Shown in pieces: positions 6,298 to 6,494 of a DNA stretch of 6,494 nucleotides. Made by a program: the position numbers and the translations under genes. The notes under the pieces were generated by a model. That model did no database searches. It saw only the letters and a program-made list of their open reading frames with translations, and was not told the DNA's origin. Position 1 is the first letter of the stretch; each line of letters begins with the position of its first letter. The DNA is from Actinomycetota bacterium (GTDB taxonomy: Bacteria > Actinomycetota > Actinomycetes > JAKEEW01), in assembly GCA_046725875.1 (NCBI GenBank), contig JBKOZJ010000101.1:1-6494 (forward strand), read 5' to 3'.

Positions 6298-6494
6298 ATG
6301 TCGGTGGCTATGCCTACCCGCGAACGCGTGTTCGAGTTCGCCGTCCTCGACCCGGCGGTCGACCCGGTTGGTGAGCCGGTCGACCCGCTCGTCGACTGGT
6401 GGGGCGAGATCGACCTGCCTGGCGGGGGAGACCACCCGGTCTCGGTGACAGGGACCGGTTCGGGGCCGGACATGATGCAGCCGCCCGCCGAGTG
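6298..6494 (+). CDS. Hypothetical protein, 5' part; runs off the right edge
   Basis: Open frame MSVAMPTRERVFEFAVLDPAVDPVGEPVDPLVDWWGEIDLPGGGDHPVSVTGTGSGPDMMQPPAE... with mostly G/C third positions. Divergent from the cyclase gene. Start could be 6298, 6304 or 6310. Not in the ORF track because there is no stop in the window. Confidence 0.55.
   Translation, partial: MSVAMPTRERVFEFAVLDPAVDPVGEPVDPLVDWWGEIDLPGGGDHPVSVTGTGSGPDMMQPPAE

Overview
High-GC, actinobacterial-looking window encoding what appears to be an aromatic/N-heterocycle CoA-catabolic region. Left to right: the 5' part of a Rid (YjgF/YER057c/UK114) gene (-, missed by the ORF track), a classical SDR (-), a probable orphan Cys-rich membrane-anchored ORF (-), a PcaF/PaaJ-type thiolase coupled to a MenB/BadI-like crotonase (+), a convergent operon of a ThDP-dependent enzyme and an isatin-hydrolase-like cyclase-family protein (-) with a clean TTGACG-N17-TAGTGT promoter, and the start of a hypothetical gene (+). 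Two intergenic regions 3.3 kb apart (309-388 and 3637-3716) carry related mosaic repeats: three 15-bp quasi-palindromic cores (TGAATGTGCCGTTCA-like) at 30/32-bp spacing, whose orientations differ between the copies. The best leads are a candidate isatin -> isatinate -> anthranilate route followed by ring opening, and the REP/BIME-like repeat family. Family calls rest on motifs and recalled sequences; no searches were run.
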